56,327 nt of DNA, filler included, from Dirinaria sp. TL-2023a (GCA_051941275.1; 6 parts of 6 records of this genome joined end to end with filler, not necessarily neighbours in it); one strand, 5' to 3'. Positions 24,761 to 37,438 are shown, counted from the first letter of the whole stretch. Numbers and translations are program-made. The notes: generated by a model from the letters alone, not told the origin.

Positions 24761-26862
24761 ATGGAATCGTTCAAAGACATCAAGGCGATGACAGAGCTCT
24801 GGCTATGGCTTGACAAGGTCGGCCTCTTTGCGCTCCGTCCAGATAGTTTTACCTAAGGCCTTGAGCTGATATTCCGTAGGATCCCGCAACAAGATCGGAA
24901 ATTGAAAACCTGGTAAAAGCCGGGAGCTCAGACCAGGTCCAGCAGGAGCTTCAACAGCGCCTGAGCACGAGTAAGTACCTTATTGGGTCTCCGCCAACTC
25001 CCTCGCCCTGGTGAACTGTATGTTGGTATGCCTCTCCGTTGAGGAGAATGTCAAATATGGTGGATCTTGCAGTCTCTCAAGCTCCCCCGGACAATCTCCC
25101 GTAATTTCTGCCCTTGCAGATATCTCACTGACCTTACGCTTCTTCTATCAATGGCTAATGCTTTGGCAGGGTTGACATTTGGCACCGCTGGTCTCAGAGC
25201 ACAAATGGGCGCTGGCTTCTCGCGAATAAACAGTCTGACTATCATACAGACCTCTCAGGGGCTAGCCGACTATCTGCTGGAAAAGTATCCTAATGCCGCT
25301 GTTGCGGGCGTTGTGGTTGGCCATGATGAACGGCACAATTCGGCGAAATTCGCATATCTAACAGCTGTAGCATTAACCTTCAAAGGCATTAAAGTGTGGT
25401 GGTACGAGACTTCAGTCCACACCCCACTCGTACCTTTCGCAGTCACCAGACTTCAGGCTGCTGGCGGTGTTATGATCACCGCAAGTCACAATCCGGCACA
25501 TGATAATGGCTACAAAGTCTATGCCTCAAATGGTTGCCAAATAAATACTCCAGCTGACGTTGAGATTGCTGCTTGCATAACACGCAACATGGTGCCTAAT
25601 GCTTGGGCCATGGCCGAAGAGACACCACTCAAACAAGCAATCTTAACCCCACTAAAAGGGGATTATATCGCGACGATAAGGGAGAAAATGCTTTCAGAAG
25701 GGATGCCAGAAGATATACCCAAATTCGTTTACACGCCAATGCATGGCGTGGGTCTGCAATTCATGCAAGACGCGCTAACTGCGAGTGGTCTGACGGCATC
25801 GATGATAGTGGTTGTAGAACAAGCTCTGCCAGATCCTGATTTCCCGACAGTCAAATTTCCAAATCCTGAAGAGAAAGGCGCTCTCGACCTTGCTATTGCC
25901 ACGGCTGATAGAAACAACATCTGTCTAGTGCTAGCGAATGACCCAGATGCTGACCGCTTTGCCGTAGCCGAAAAGGTTAATGGGCGGTGGCATCAGTTTT
26001 CTGGAGACCAAGTCGGTATACTTCTTGCATATCACTGCTTTCAGAAGATAGACAGCCTGGATCCGGGCGAAGACTATATGCTCACCACAGCAGTATCATC
26101 GGAGATGCTTTACCATATTGCAGAAGAAGAGGGATTCAGCGTGCTTGAGACACTGACTGGCTTCAAATGGCTTGGCAATGAGACTTTGGCGTTGCGCAAC
26201 AGGGGCAAGCGAGTCCATTTCGCGTATGAAGAGGCTCTGGGCTACATGTTCCCTGAAATCGTACTAGACAAGGATGGCATTGCTGCAGCTATGACCTTTA
26301 TCAGTGCAGTAAGCTCCTGGGGAAGTCCATACGCCATGCTACAACAGCTGTACTCAAGGTATGGATATTTCGAGACTATGAACACCTATTGGAAGTCTGC
26401 GGATTCTACAATTACAGCCAAGCTCTTTGACAAAATTCGGCACATTGCCAATCCTCACCCACCGTCGTTGGGAGGTCGAAACATCTCACGTTGGCGCGAT
26501 ATGACCATTGGCTACGATTCGGCAACCGCAGATCGCAAGCCACGATTGCCTTTGTCCAAAGACCATATGATAACTTGCTGGCTAAGCGAGAGCTGTTCGG
26601 ATCTGGGTCTTCGGTTCACCATAAGAGCCTCGGGAACAGAGCCAAAGATCAAAAGTAAGTCACTCTTACCTATCACCGCGCTGTGTTCGACAGTAGCAAC
26701 GACTAACTTGGTATAGTTTACTTGGAATGCCAAAGTCACGACCAACAAAGCGCAAAGAAAGGAGCTGCGCAAGTTTTGAAAGAGATAGCTGATACATGGT
26801 TCAATGACCCGAGCTTTACTATGGAAGACAAATATTCTTCTCTCATGAACACCTTCATATGA
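24761..26862 (+). CDS. PGM3: Phosphoglucomutase/phosphopentomutase of the PGM2/yeast Pgm3 type, about 592 aa (exons 24761-24817, 24880-24970, 25170-26654, 26717-26862)
   Basis: FGTAGLR, ITASHNP phosphoserine loop, NDPDADR metal loop, TGFKW, YEEALG, IRASGTEPKIK; three GT-AG introns preserve frame. Confidence 0.92.
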
Positions 26863-27345
26863 TGGTTTCTATTGGTGAAATCCACTGCACACTGCTGACT
26901 CGGCTTGCCCGGTTCCAAGAGCGAACCGGATAGCTGCATCAAGCAATCAGGCTACTTGGCAGGGTAGCCGCAGCGGACGGGATGTCCGTGCTTACGAACC
27001 GTCTGTTCTCCTGATAGTACACAGCAAGCACAAGATAAACGCCCTGCACAGCTCATGAACGAAGCATAATGCTCAGTACGCAAATCAACCGCCTATAGCG
27101 AGGCGCACCTTGAGGGGCGTGCTCATGCAAAAGGTTTGCTGATAAGCAGGAGCAAACAGTCTCTGTTGCCAGGCTGATAGCATCATGTGAGGTTCCACCA
27201 AACAAAGCAGGACGATTTAAAGCCGCGGCCGCTCGCCAGATCTTACATCTGTATGCGCACGCGAGATCGTTCTGAAACAGATTCACTATCATTATCGTGC
27301 TACACAATACCTTCGCCTTTAGCTCGATTCTGTCAAGGCCCGACC

Positions 27346-27815
27346 ATGGCTTACGGCCAACCCATTTTCGACAGCCGGTACGGTCACCCTCTCCCACCTC
27401 CCGGCTATGGATCCCCAGGTTACTCTTCAGCGCATGCCTGCCGACCTCGAACACCGCCGCCTGTTTTCCACACAGTCCGCCCAACCATCCCACACTCTCA
27501 CTGCTACGCTCATGGATATCACAATGGCTGGTAGGTTCCACTTCTTCATCTTACATCAGAACTTATCTGATCAACTCCCACAGCCGCAGCCACGGCCACG
27601 GCCACGGCCATGGCAGACGACCACCACAGAGTCAGCGGAGTCGTCATCATGCCCTCGGCTACGTTCCGGGCTCATACTCCTCGGAACGTTACAGCATGCT
27701 ACCTATGCACGACCATGGAGGCTACGATCACGCATATTCCCCCGACGCAGACCCTTACTTCCAACCGCAATATCACGATGGGTGGGATCTCAGTCCTTGG
27801 AAACGCCACTACTGA
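27346..27815 (+). CDS. Small His/Gly/Tyr/Pro-rich protein, about 138 aa (exons 27346-27530, 27584-27815)
   Basis: Intron GTAGGT...CTGAT...CAG joins MAYGQPIFDSRYGHP...GYHNG to CRSHGHGHGHGRR...WKRHY in frame. Confidence 0.6.
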
Positions 27816-28138
27816 AAGAATATCATAAACCTCATCGAATATGGAGATGTGTGTCAAATGTAGCTCAATAAACAGTCCAGCAGATCTTAAATTGGAAGCA
27901 CTTTTTCGCAAATAATGCCCGACGACCAGGTCTCCCATTGGACACAACTTTTTAGGTGGATTTGGTTTTTTGGGCGATTTTAGATGATGAATACCATAAC
28001 TCGGCGTCTGAAATGGATGATCTGGGCGCTTTCCAGGGAATGTTCAGGGGTTTGGTGTGATTTTAATCTCTTTTTTTTTGGCGTTTTGTGAACTGTTCTC
28101 TGCTTTTCCAAGGGAATTTTCCCCCCCCAGAATGAAAA

Positions 28139-28238
28139 NNNNNNNNNNNNNNNNNNNNNNNNNNNNNNNNNNNNNNNNNNNNTTAATTAATTAANNNNNN
28201 NNNNNNNNNNNNNNNNNNNNNNNNNNNNNNNNNNNNNN
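28139..28238. other. Artificial contig spacer
   Basis: Same 100-nt structure. Confidence 0.98.
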
Positions 28239-28959
28239 GGGAAATTGCAAGCGTACTGGGTGAGTGATTTTGGTGGCGATTAGTGACGCTATGGCTGTTT
28301 TATCAATGAAAATCTAGGTTGGAAAAATGTCAGTAGACACCGAACCCGGGATAAAGAGGTGACATGGGTCATGGATTGCAGCTTACAACGTCATCGTCAA
28401 TTTTTATATACATTGTCCCCTTTTCCACAACTTTGTCCCATGTTGCACCATAGCTGAACTTTCCGGCCTTTTTGTTACCCTCTGTCAAATTATATCGGGA
28501 ATAACCCTTCGAAGTCCCGACCAGTTGATCCAGATACTCGAGGTCATCAACACTATCTGTGCGAGCAAGAAAAATGACCTCGTCGAGAAGGCCGCCATTT
28601 TCCTTCAGGTTTTGCTGCGGCTTGGTTAGCTGAAACATTGCGGATCTTTGTAGATCGTGACTTCTTCAAATTACTTTTAGATAGCAATCCAAAATCTCGA
28701 CTCTGGAGCGACGGCCGTAGAACACCAAGCCGACTGTTCGAAAGTTCTTCGGTATAACAGGTATTGGCTTCGTCGCTTCTTGAGGGTGCTCGAGTTTCGA
28801 TTCGTGTAAAAGCAAGATTGTCAGGATAAGCGAGAGTAATACTGCGATCGTGACATACACTTTGGACGAGAGAAAACGACACTCGCGGGGCCGCGGTGAT
28901 CGCTCTACTAATTTTGTATAGGGAATCTTGGAATAGTGCAGCAGCGACTCTCTTTTCAT
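28239..28959 (-). CDS. Type II membrane protein with DxD-like motif, putative glycosyltransferase; 3' end cut by the contig edge (introns 28615-28674, 28314-28386)
   Basis: N-terminal TM; GLVFYGRRSRVEILDCYLK-QNLKENGGLLDEVIF; YIKIDDDV-IFID; canonical introns with branch sites. Confidence 0.8.
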
Positions 28960-29320
28960 GAGATTATACATAATGGTGCATAGAAGGAGTAAAAAAGCAT
29001 TGCGAAGCACTAAGAAAAATTAAGAACAAGAAAAAGCAAAGGTCGACCGATTAAAAACATGAGACTTGAGAACAGCAGCGCAGCAAGGCGAATTGCTTTA
29101 CTTGCCGAGCCATTCTCAATATTGTCAACATGTAGAGAATGCCTTGCTCCTGATCAGGCAACGAGGAATTCATTCAGGAATGTATCGGTTCATGCGTAGA
29201 TCTGAGACATCCACGGAACAACCCAGGCAGCCAGATATATCACCAACCTTTACACGTGCAAAAGAAGTAAAAAAGCAATTGCACGAGATTGATAGCATTG
29301 ATTTGACTTACATGCTCCCA

Positions 29321-29617
29321 TTTTCATGGCTTGAACCGGCGCTAACAGCATTTATGAGTGCGTTTTCCCCTTGAACTTCTACCCGACAGATGTTTACAAC
29401 CCGACAGAGCACCTTTTGAAGTCCGAAACGGGTTAGCTCAGTTCACTCTTTTCTTTTCTACCTGAGCGGCATCACGGGTACAGCAAGGTACCCTCCCTTT
29501 TTCATGACTTTAACCGGCGCTAACAGCATTTATGACTGCGTTTTCCTCTTGAACTTCTACCCGACAGATGTTTACAACCCGACAGAGCACCTTGTGAAGC
29601 CCGAAAGCGGTTAGCTC
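29321..29617. repeat. Imperfect direct repeat of about 119 bp, period 178 bp (29321-29439 and 29499-29617)
   Basis: Shared aaccggcgctaacagcatttatga...acccgacagatgtttacaacccgacagagcacctt...ggttagctc. Confidence 0.95.
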
Positions 29618-30928
29618 TGCCCTATGTGTTTCCTATCGTCCCAAGGTACATACCTTAGGTACAAAGAGTAACACCTTGCTCCAGTGTACTCTATTTGTCG
29701 CACATCTCCGGGATGCAACCCCACAACAGTGTCAAGCGAAGGCTGCAGGACCAAAAAATAATCTGGCCAGATCTCTATGAATACTGCGAACAACAGCCTG
29801 AATCTTTTTCGTCCCGAAGCAACGCAAGCAACGAGCGTTCCTGCCGCTTATTGTAAGATCTTACATCTAATCTGGGGGTTACGACGACAGCGGGCACAGT
29901 TTAAGAGCATGCCGCCAAAAGCTGGAAATTCAAGCATTTCTTTTGACTGACACATGCGCAAAAGTGGTGATATCACAACGCCTACTTCGTTTTCAGCCGC
30001 TACGTCTAGCAACGCTTCCACCTTCGTTTCTGGCTCTTCTTCATAGGCATCTTGAGGCCAACCTAACCGCTAAGCCGAAATAAACATGGTGGCTCAGATA
30101 TGTTAATTTCTTGGCCCAACCATCATTGTCTGCATTGTCTTCTTTGGGACTTTTTGACGAGGCGGAGAAGGAAGAAACAATGTACTGAACCCTCAAACTA
30201 GGTGCAACATTTCTGGCTATTATCTCATTGATACATACTGTAGCCTTTTGACGGGGCAGATGTAAGAGATACTGAACAAGTGTGCCGCTGCAACCCCGCT
30301 GCAACCCTAAAAGTATCAAAACCCTCCTTCACGCTACCTATTGCGAATTTGCGGGCCGGCCCCGCATATTCGCTCCATGCACAGCAGTCGCGAGCCTTCA
30401 GCCGCACCAAAGAGAAGGTCTGACGTACCCATGGTGGCGCAGATATTGGATGTCGCTAATTGAACGCTTACATAATGCCATTCTTGTGAAAGGGACAAGA
30501 CAACTTTTCAAGGCTATCTATCGATACCACACTGTTTATGATAATAAGACCTGTGTCGTTGTGGTGAGCGAAACCGAAAAGCAATAGATTTACCAGGTAT
30601 TGTTGTCTTCGTTCTGGCTTATTCTATCTTAGCCATCGGCAGTTTCATCCCATCAGAAGTGGTATTTCCTTCTACAAGCCGCCTTATTCCAAGTTTTCTT
30701 TCGCTCAAATGCTGGACCCTGTATTATTAATATTTATCGAGCGTCCCTAGGAATTGGAAATTGACGTAATTTCTAACTAGGCTTCTAAACACCAGCATCT
30801 GTTCGAAATTTTGCTTATGCGCAGCGTTTTGGCATTATTATGTGTGTTCAAAGACCACATCCTCCTGGCGATTCCATCTTCGATGTCCATCAAATCAGTC
30901 GATTTCCAACAGCATCTGTACAATAGCT

Positions 30929-32036
30929 CTAGGAAGGCATGTGATCCAGAGCTTTCACAGAAGCCCAGGCTTGAACGATCGTAGCTGCGGTTGAGAACAC
31001 AGTCAAGATCAGTATCATCATGGCAATCCAGAATGTCCAGAACTGTTGCGGGTTACGACGATCTCTCCATAGCTGGGCCCAGCTGACTGGAGGCGATTGG
31101 AAAATCTCTTCGTGAAGCTCGAGAAGCCTGTCTCGCCAATGATGAAAATCCAACGAGGTCAGGGTTCTAGTGATTTCGAAAGGCCCATGTTCGTGGAAGT
31201 TCTACTTCTCCTTTGTAAGCAGCGCTACCGTTCCGCTATCCCAGAAAGGGAAGAGCAGGTCCAGGGAGAGTTCTGTCTCTTGTAGGACCTTAAGAGGCAA
31301 GACGCATCTGAATACATGGTCAAATTATCGGCAGAGCTACAGAAATTGACTGTACATACTCCTCTTTACTGTTAGAGTTGTATTGACTGTTGATTAGAGC
31401 TTGCAGATAGGACTTATAAGGAAATATCTTCAACGCTTTTCGGCGTCGATCCAGTCGCAAATGGTCGTGAAGGCTGGTGGTCCATTCGATTTTCAAGCCA
31501 CAAACGCTTTGCATAAAAACTGCGGTGAAATGAGGTCCCAGACGGCTTGATTGAGCAGTGACTGGCCAACGCGATAGGGGAAAGAGGGACGCTAGAAAGG
31601 CTCGCAATGCACTTTCATCGTCCCATTGGATGGAGGTTGCTTCGTGCCGCAGACCTCTGAATTCCGGCTCCTGAACGTTGATCATGAGCCACAAGCGGAT
31701 TGCGAGATTGATTGATCGGTCAAGGCCGACATCGTTAGATGAGCAGAACCTGAGCGATAATTGCTGGCGAAGCTCAGGTCGTCGAGAATCTGCACTACGG
31801 CGTAGGACATGGACCACGTGGAATACGTCCTCATATGTCTCAGCTGCTAGATACTTTGTCTGCCAAGACTCCTCTGATATACCTTGGCGAAGCAACTGGA
31901 GCTCTTCGTTGTAGTAAGCAAAATACTTTTGCAGCGCATCAACGCGGTCTTCTTGGACGGATGGCCCGAAGAAAGCTTGGGCAATTTGAAGCCTGGAACC
32001 TGGCCGATCTGTGAGATTTGATTGCGTCAAAGCCAT
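30929..32036 (-). pseudogene. Conserved fungal hypothetical protein with C-terminal TM helix; premature TAG at 31204-31202 (intron 31308-31359)
   Basis: LAIRLWLMINV, IEWTTSLHDHLRL, LDLLFP, FHHWRDRLLEL, LWRDRRNPQQFWTFW; the spliced frame reads KEK*NFHEH. Confidence 0.75.
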
Positions 32037-32885
32037 GATCACACTGCAAGAATAGGTACATCTATGGAATAGAGTATCGATAAGACACGTTCAATAGCCC
32101 ATCTCTCAAATGCGTGAGGCGGAGTCTGCTCAGACTGCTGCGTTTGATTTTATGCTGGACATAGCGAACGTGAGTACCTATGACTTAAGAAATAAGATAC
32201 TAAGGATATGACGGTTGGGATGTTTCAATGTTTGGCTGATAGGAGCGAGGAGGATTACATCGGCAACATGAGAGCAATATTCTGCCCTATCGTAGCTTAG
32301 CCACACACGGGCCATCGCTCAATTGGGAACATCAAAACCTTAGACTCACGAGTGATGGGAAAATCCACTCAATGCGGCAGGGTTCAGAGTAGGTACTAAT
32401 CATGCATCCAGAGCCAAAAGTAAGAGGGAGAAGAAGCAGCAGCAGCAGCAGGCAGAGGCTACGTTGTTCCACCGCTGCTAAGCCTGGTGGCGGGGAAGCA
32501 GCCCCTTCAACATCGCCAGCCTCGCAGTAAGCCTGGCTTTATGCCTTGCGCTATGGCTGGTGGGTGAGACGATGGCATTGGTTCTTTCTTCCCCAATTCC
32601 GGATTTTTGGTGTTCCCACACGCTGCAGTGCGTCATCTCATCCCAAAGACCAGCCACACCTCGTCTCTCCATACTTTGCCTTACTTTACATCTTCTTCCT
32701 CCACGCTCTACGCACTTGTATTTTGTGTCGCCTCTCCTTTCTAGAAGCACGACGGATTAATCTTAAGTCTGGTTTGCCTGAGAAGTTTTCCCAAGAGGTT
32801 ACAATGAACCTAACAGACAACCTGCCCGCTCGTTACACGCTCAATCCCAAGGTAATCGTCGTGTCAACTGTGGGCTGAAGCTTTC

Positions 32886-35636
32886 ATGGAAACCTTGCGA
32901 CATCCCCCCAAAACAAGCGAGCTACTGCCAAAGACTATCACCCCAAGCTCCGCATCGTTCGAAAATGTCAAACAGCGCCTAAAATGCCTCGCTAGCCCAC
33001 CCACGTCCATTGCCACATTACCTTCATCGCCAAAGTCGAAGCATGCCCACTCATCTAAAACAGTCGCAGTTCCGACGGCCGCCATCGAGCCTGCGTTGAA
33101 CGTCAGTACTGCCGCTGCATCTGCGCTGCCCCTTTCCAAGATCTTCATTGTCCAGAAATTCCATGTCTCGCCAAGCATGCCGATCGATGAGAAGACTCAA
33201 GCTGTCTGGAATCAACAGATTTCAGGTCGATTGAGTGGAGTAATCCAACAAGGCATTCCCAAAGGAGTATGTCTACAAGAATTCATGATGGCTGGAGAAC
33301 GGCCGGACGCTTTACGACCTACGGTGATTGTTTCTTGCGGTGATGCAAAAATCAGGAAGGAGGTCAAGAAGACATTTAAGCGTCAAAAGTGGCTCCATGA
33401 CTTGCTAAAAGCTAACCGTATAATGCTTGTCCTTCTTGTGGCCAAGACACATCTTAGCGCAGGACCGGCGCTCGATGTTCAGAGTATGCTAGCTTTGAGT
33501 GAATCTTGTGCTGTGCCGGTTGAGCAGTCGGAGCTCACAACTTCGTGCGGAATGAAGCTTTTGATAAGGGGTGCAGATCAACATGTACAGCAGCATTGCA
33601 CGTTAGGAGGCTTACTCATCGTGGACGGGAAAATTCTGGGCTTGACGGCTGGGCATCCGTTTCAAAAGAACGATCAATACCTCGCAGAGCAAGACTCGTC
33701 AGGGGGTAGCCAGGTCGCAGCGAATCCTGAAGAGGAGTGCAGCAGCACGACGAGTGATGAGCCCTTCGTTTTCAATGGAGATGATGATGATGATGATGAT
33801 GATGGTTCAAAAGATGACAAGGCTGCGTTCTCGCTGTCCGTTCCCAAGAATCAGGAGGATTCGCCAATGGACACGGAGGAGTTATCTGACGAGCAGCACA
33901 GTCGCTTCGAGTCTTACCCGCCATTAAAGATGTGGCATACTCTACACTCCACCGTCCTGCCAGACTCTTGCCCCAGCCACGTTCCAATTGCCGAAGATAA
34001 TCCTCATCATGGCTACGATTGGCAGCTACTATCAAGCCTTTCACCAGCTGTAACCTCGCGACCCAACAAGATTGCTCACGTCGATCTACGTCATAATATT
34101 CCGATTGAGGAGACCGTTTCCGGTCCAGCCTCAGGAGACGTGATCATCAATATTGTGTTCCCTACCGCAGCTGGGGTATTTGCACTCTTCTCCTGCAAAA
34201 TTGCAAATTGACCACTCTGTATTGGACGTACAACTTATAAGTTTGGAGCATGTTCTTCGTGAGTCCCCTAGCCCTTTGAATTGTAAATGACTACGTGTCC
34301 TAACGGTTTCTGTTTGCTTCAAGCTCTCGGCAGTTCCGGCGCCTGGGTCCTCCTTGGGGCCAAATTGTGCGGCTATGTTATCGCTGTCCGCCAAGACATC
34401 CCATGGGCCTACATGGTTGCCATTGAGCCTGTCATGAGAGATATTGGACGGATGTTCAAGACTGATGACGTCCGACTTCCAACGGCTACTGAAATAAGGT
34501 CGCTCACAGCTTCATCCAAGGCTCTGACTGCGGGGCCCCGAGATGTACTAGGAGAAGATGATCGAAGCTCAATTTTAGCAGGTGGCCGAGCTGGCACATC
34601 AGAGCAAATCTTGAAAGCACCTTGGCAAGTTTACGTGAGAGAGATGGTAACCTGTCCCGATCCGTCAGTGCGAAAAGAACTGCCGGATTTCAGAAAAGGG
34701 TCAGAATTGAGGTCGGAATTGCCAGAACTAGAATCATCAGAATTAGAATTACCAGGACTAGAATTACCATCGCCAAGGGAGAATTACCAGGCGGCCGAGT
34801 CTGGATATCAGGCCGCGTGGCATGATGAAAATAAGACGGAGAGAGCAAATGCCACATCACTCGAGGCTAGACCGGGGCCAAAACTCACACCACTGCCGGT
34901 TCAGGAAGCAACTGAGCCTGTGGGCGAGAAAGTAACTACGCCAGCTGTTACATCCCAACCTTCGTTGGCATCAATGGAAAAGGGAACAGAGCTAGCACCA
35001 GAGCCACAGCAAACGCCATCCGAGCTGCGCTCGAGTAACGTAAGGACACCATCGATTAATCGAGCGGATTTGGTTCCCCTTAATTCCCTTTCTTACCGCC
35101 CTTACGCAAATGCGGCACATACTAGCATTCTTCCTAGTAACACTGATTTGGATTGTATGAACGATGATGAAATCTTATCGACAGGTATCCGGAGCTCTCT
35201 GGAAGCTCCAGATAGACCTCGAAAAAAAAGTTTTTGGCTACACCAACTGATCAGTCTACCATACCGGGTTTGGCGACCTGTTGAGACCCGCATCTTGCGA
35301 TATGAATTTCAGCGCCGACGTAGGCGTGGATTCCATGTGTTGCAAGGCCAAATCGGTCCCTATCCTCGATATGGCCATGGGAATGTGGGATATATTGACA
35401 TATGGTGGTACCACATCCGACGTACAGTATTCTTCGTCATCAGGGCCTTGCTTTACATATCGTACTTTCTTCTTTTTTTCCCATTCATTCTTTGGGTAGC
35501 GCATCGCCACCGTAACGTTTTGGTAGACAGAAGGACGCTAGCGATACAAAACGTCGAAAGTTTCCAGATGCTTGATCGGCGTTTTCAAGACCATGTCTTT
35601 CTGGATACGCAGCATTGGAGATGCAACCCGGTGTGA
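32886..35636 (+). pseudogene. Trypsin-like (PA clan) serine protease with prodomain and C-terminal TM; frameshift near 34160 (intron 34259-34323)
   Basis: CTLGGL...GLTAGHPF (His), YDWQLL (Asp), PLGSSGAWV (Ser). The +1 frame after 34160 (LPQLGYLHSSPAKLQIDHSVLDVQLISLEHVL) is needed to reach the intron and the Ser motif. Confidence 0.7.
33780..33803 (+). repeat. (GAT)8 microsatellite encoding poly-Asp
   Basis: Read directly. Confidence 0.95.
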
Positions 35637-36332
35637 TGGATTTCAGCGGAACGCGGCCGATGGAAGTGACTTAGCTACCTAATCTGGTCCAAAACTTTTA
35701 CGATCCGTTTACTCCATCGAATCTACTATAGGAATTACTTCCAAAGCACTATACGCTTTGAAGGTCACCATAGAACGACTCTCGTTCGCTCCAAGTACAA
35801 TAACAATGGAGACTACGACTGACGGTTGGCGCCAGCTATGAAATCATATGTATTTGCTTTGTTTTGAAGCCCTAAACTAACCATACAAAAATCGTTTGCT
35901 CTGATTCTTTGCTTCCAACTTTCATCAGAACTCAGCCGAAGCGAGTATTCATAAATGACAATTCCATTTTGGGAATTGAGGCAATTGCCCAGGGTCTTTA
36001 GTAATTCACATGTTCCCTCTGCTCGAAAAGATCATGGATTGCCATGTCAGGAAGAGCTATAGCAGCAACTCGAGCCGCGTTCTCCCAGATGTGAAGCGCC
36101 CAAGATCACCAGCCCTAAAAAAGTGAATGGTGCCGCCCACTTCAATTCACTTCTGCTCAGGCTTATTATCATCTCGCCACCCATCTTCCATCATCTTCTT
36201 CTTTCCTCATCTCTTCCAACCTACCCTTCAATCTACCAGCTGCGACCGTTCTTCGTCCACCATCAGACCATTGCTCAAGCTTCCTTGACCACAGCGATAA
36301 ATTACAATCAGCTAATCCAGAACATCTTCAAG

Positions 36333-37438
36333 ATGGTGAACTGGAGCGCCAACATCGATGCGTTGGTAAGTCACTCGCTCTCACCATCTGATTTGAAGTG
36401 AGGGTCAAGAATTCCATTTGCCCCTTGAGACCTCTTCAAAGAATCTTGAACTCCCTCTACACAACCAACAGCAGCGCTATCGAAAGCATAGCCTCGCAAA
36501 TGCTGTCTTCTTAACAGCTTCAAGGAAGGCATACAAAACTCACTACAGCTATCGCCTTCGACCCAAGAAAGCTTTTGTGATCCTACTGCAGAAACCCTGC
36601 CCCTGCTTTGCCCTTGACTCGCAGCTACTAACCTATCTACATAGCTTTTCAAGCACGTCCTCAAACTCCACGACATCAAGCCCAACTATGTGGAGTTGGA
36701 AAAAGCTCTGCGTGCAGGTGAGTCCACCGATCCCTTTTCCTCGCTCTCAGATCGTTGTTACTATTTCCTCCCACTCTCCAAGCTTAACCACACTCTACAC
36801 TGTATACACTCACTACCATTACTCCCCTCCCTTTCCCTCTTAGCACTTAACTCTCTCCCCTAACCCCTCCCACGAACCACCACTAGCGAAAAAAAAAAAG
36901 AAAAAAAAAAAAAAAAAAACAGCAACTAACAAACCCCACAGAAGGCGTCGACGCCACCGCCAAAGCCATCACGCACCGCATCGGCAAGATCCGCTCCACC
37001 CTGAACGACGAAAACAAAGACGCCGCCCTCGGCCCGCCCGTCGTCAAGCGTCGCGGCCCTGCCGCCGGAAAAGCAAGCAAGCGCGACAGCAAAGGCTCTG
37101 CGAAGAAAGTCGTGTCCGACGAGTAATTTCCCTTACCCCCTCCACCACGCCCATTCCACCATCTACTCTCCCGCCCTGAGTGGGGAGTACAAGCTGATAT
37201 CACATTTTGCTGCTGTTACAGGACCCCTCATACCGACGAGAACGAAGACGAAGGAAGCCCCAAGAAGAAACAGAAACGTGCTCCGCGCAAGAAAGCCGTT
37301 GTGAAAGATGAGGAAAAGGTGCTTGAGAAGAATGAAGAGATGCAGGAGAAGGTAGAGGAGGAGGAGGAGGAGGAGGAGCAGGTCGTTGGCGTCCTTGGCG
37401 GCGTCGGTGCTGGCGAAGAAGAAGAGGAAGCGATCTAA
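36333..37438 (+). CDS. Small nuclear protein with a Myb/SANT-like N-terminal domain, basic stretches and acidic tail, about 167 aa (exons 36333-36365, 36645-36717, 36942-37122, 37222-37438)
   Basis: Three GT-AG introns give MVNWSANIDALLFKHVLKLHDIKPNYVELEKALRAEGVDATAKAITHRIGKIR...SPKKKQKR...EEEEEAI*; frame is consistent throughout. Confidence 0.75.

Noticed and set aside
19736..26862. NYN gene + desaturase + phosphomutase as a functional cluster
   Set aside because: Unrelated housekeeping functions; ordinary gene neighbourhood
29321..29617. CRISPR-like array
   Set aside because: Only two long copies, eukaryotic context, no cas genes
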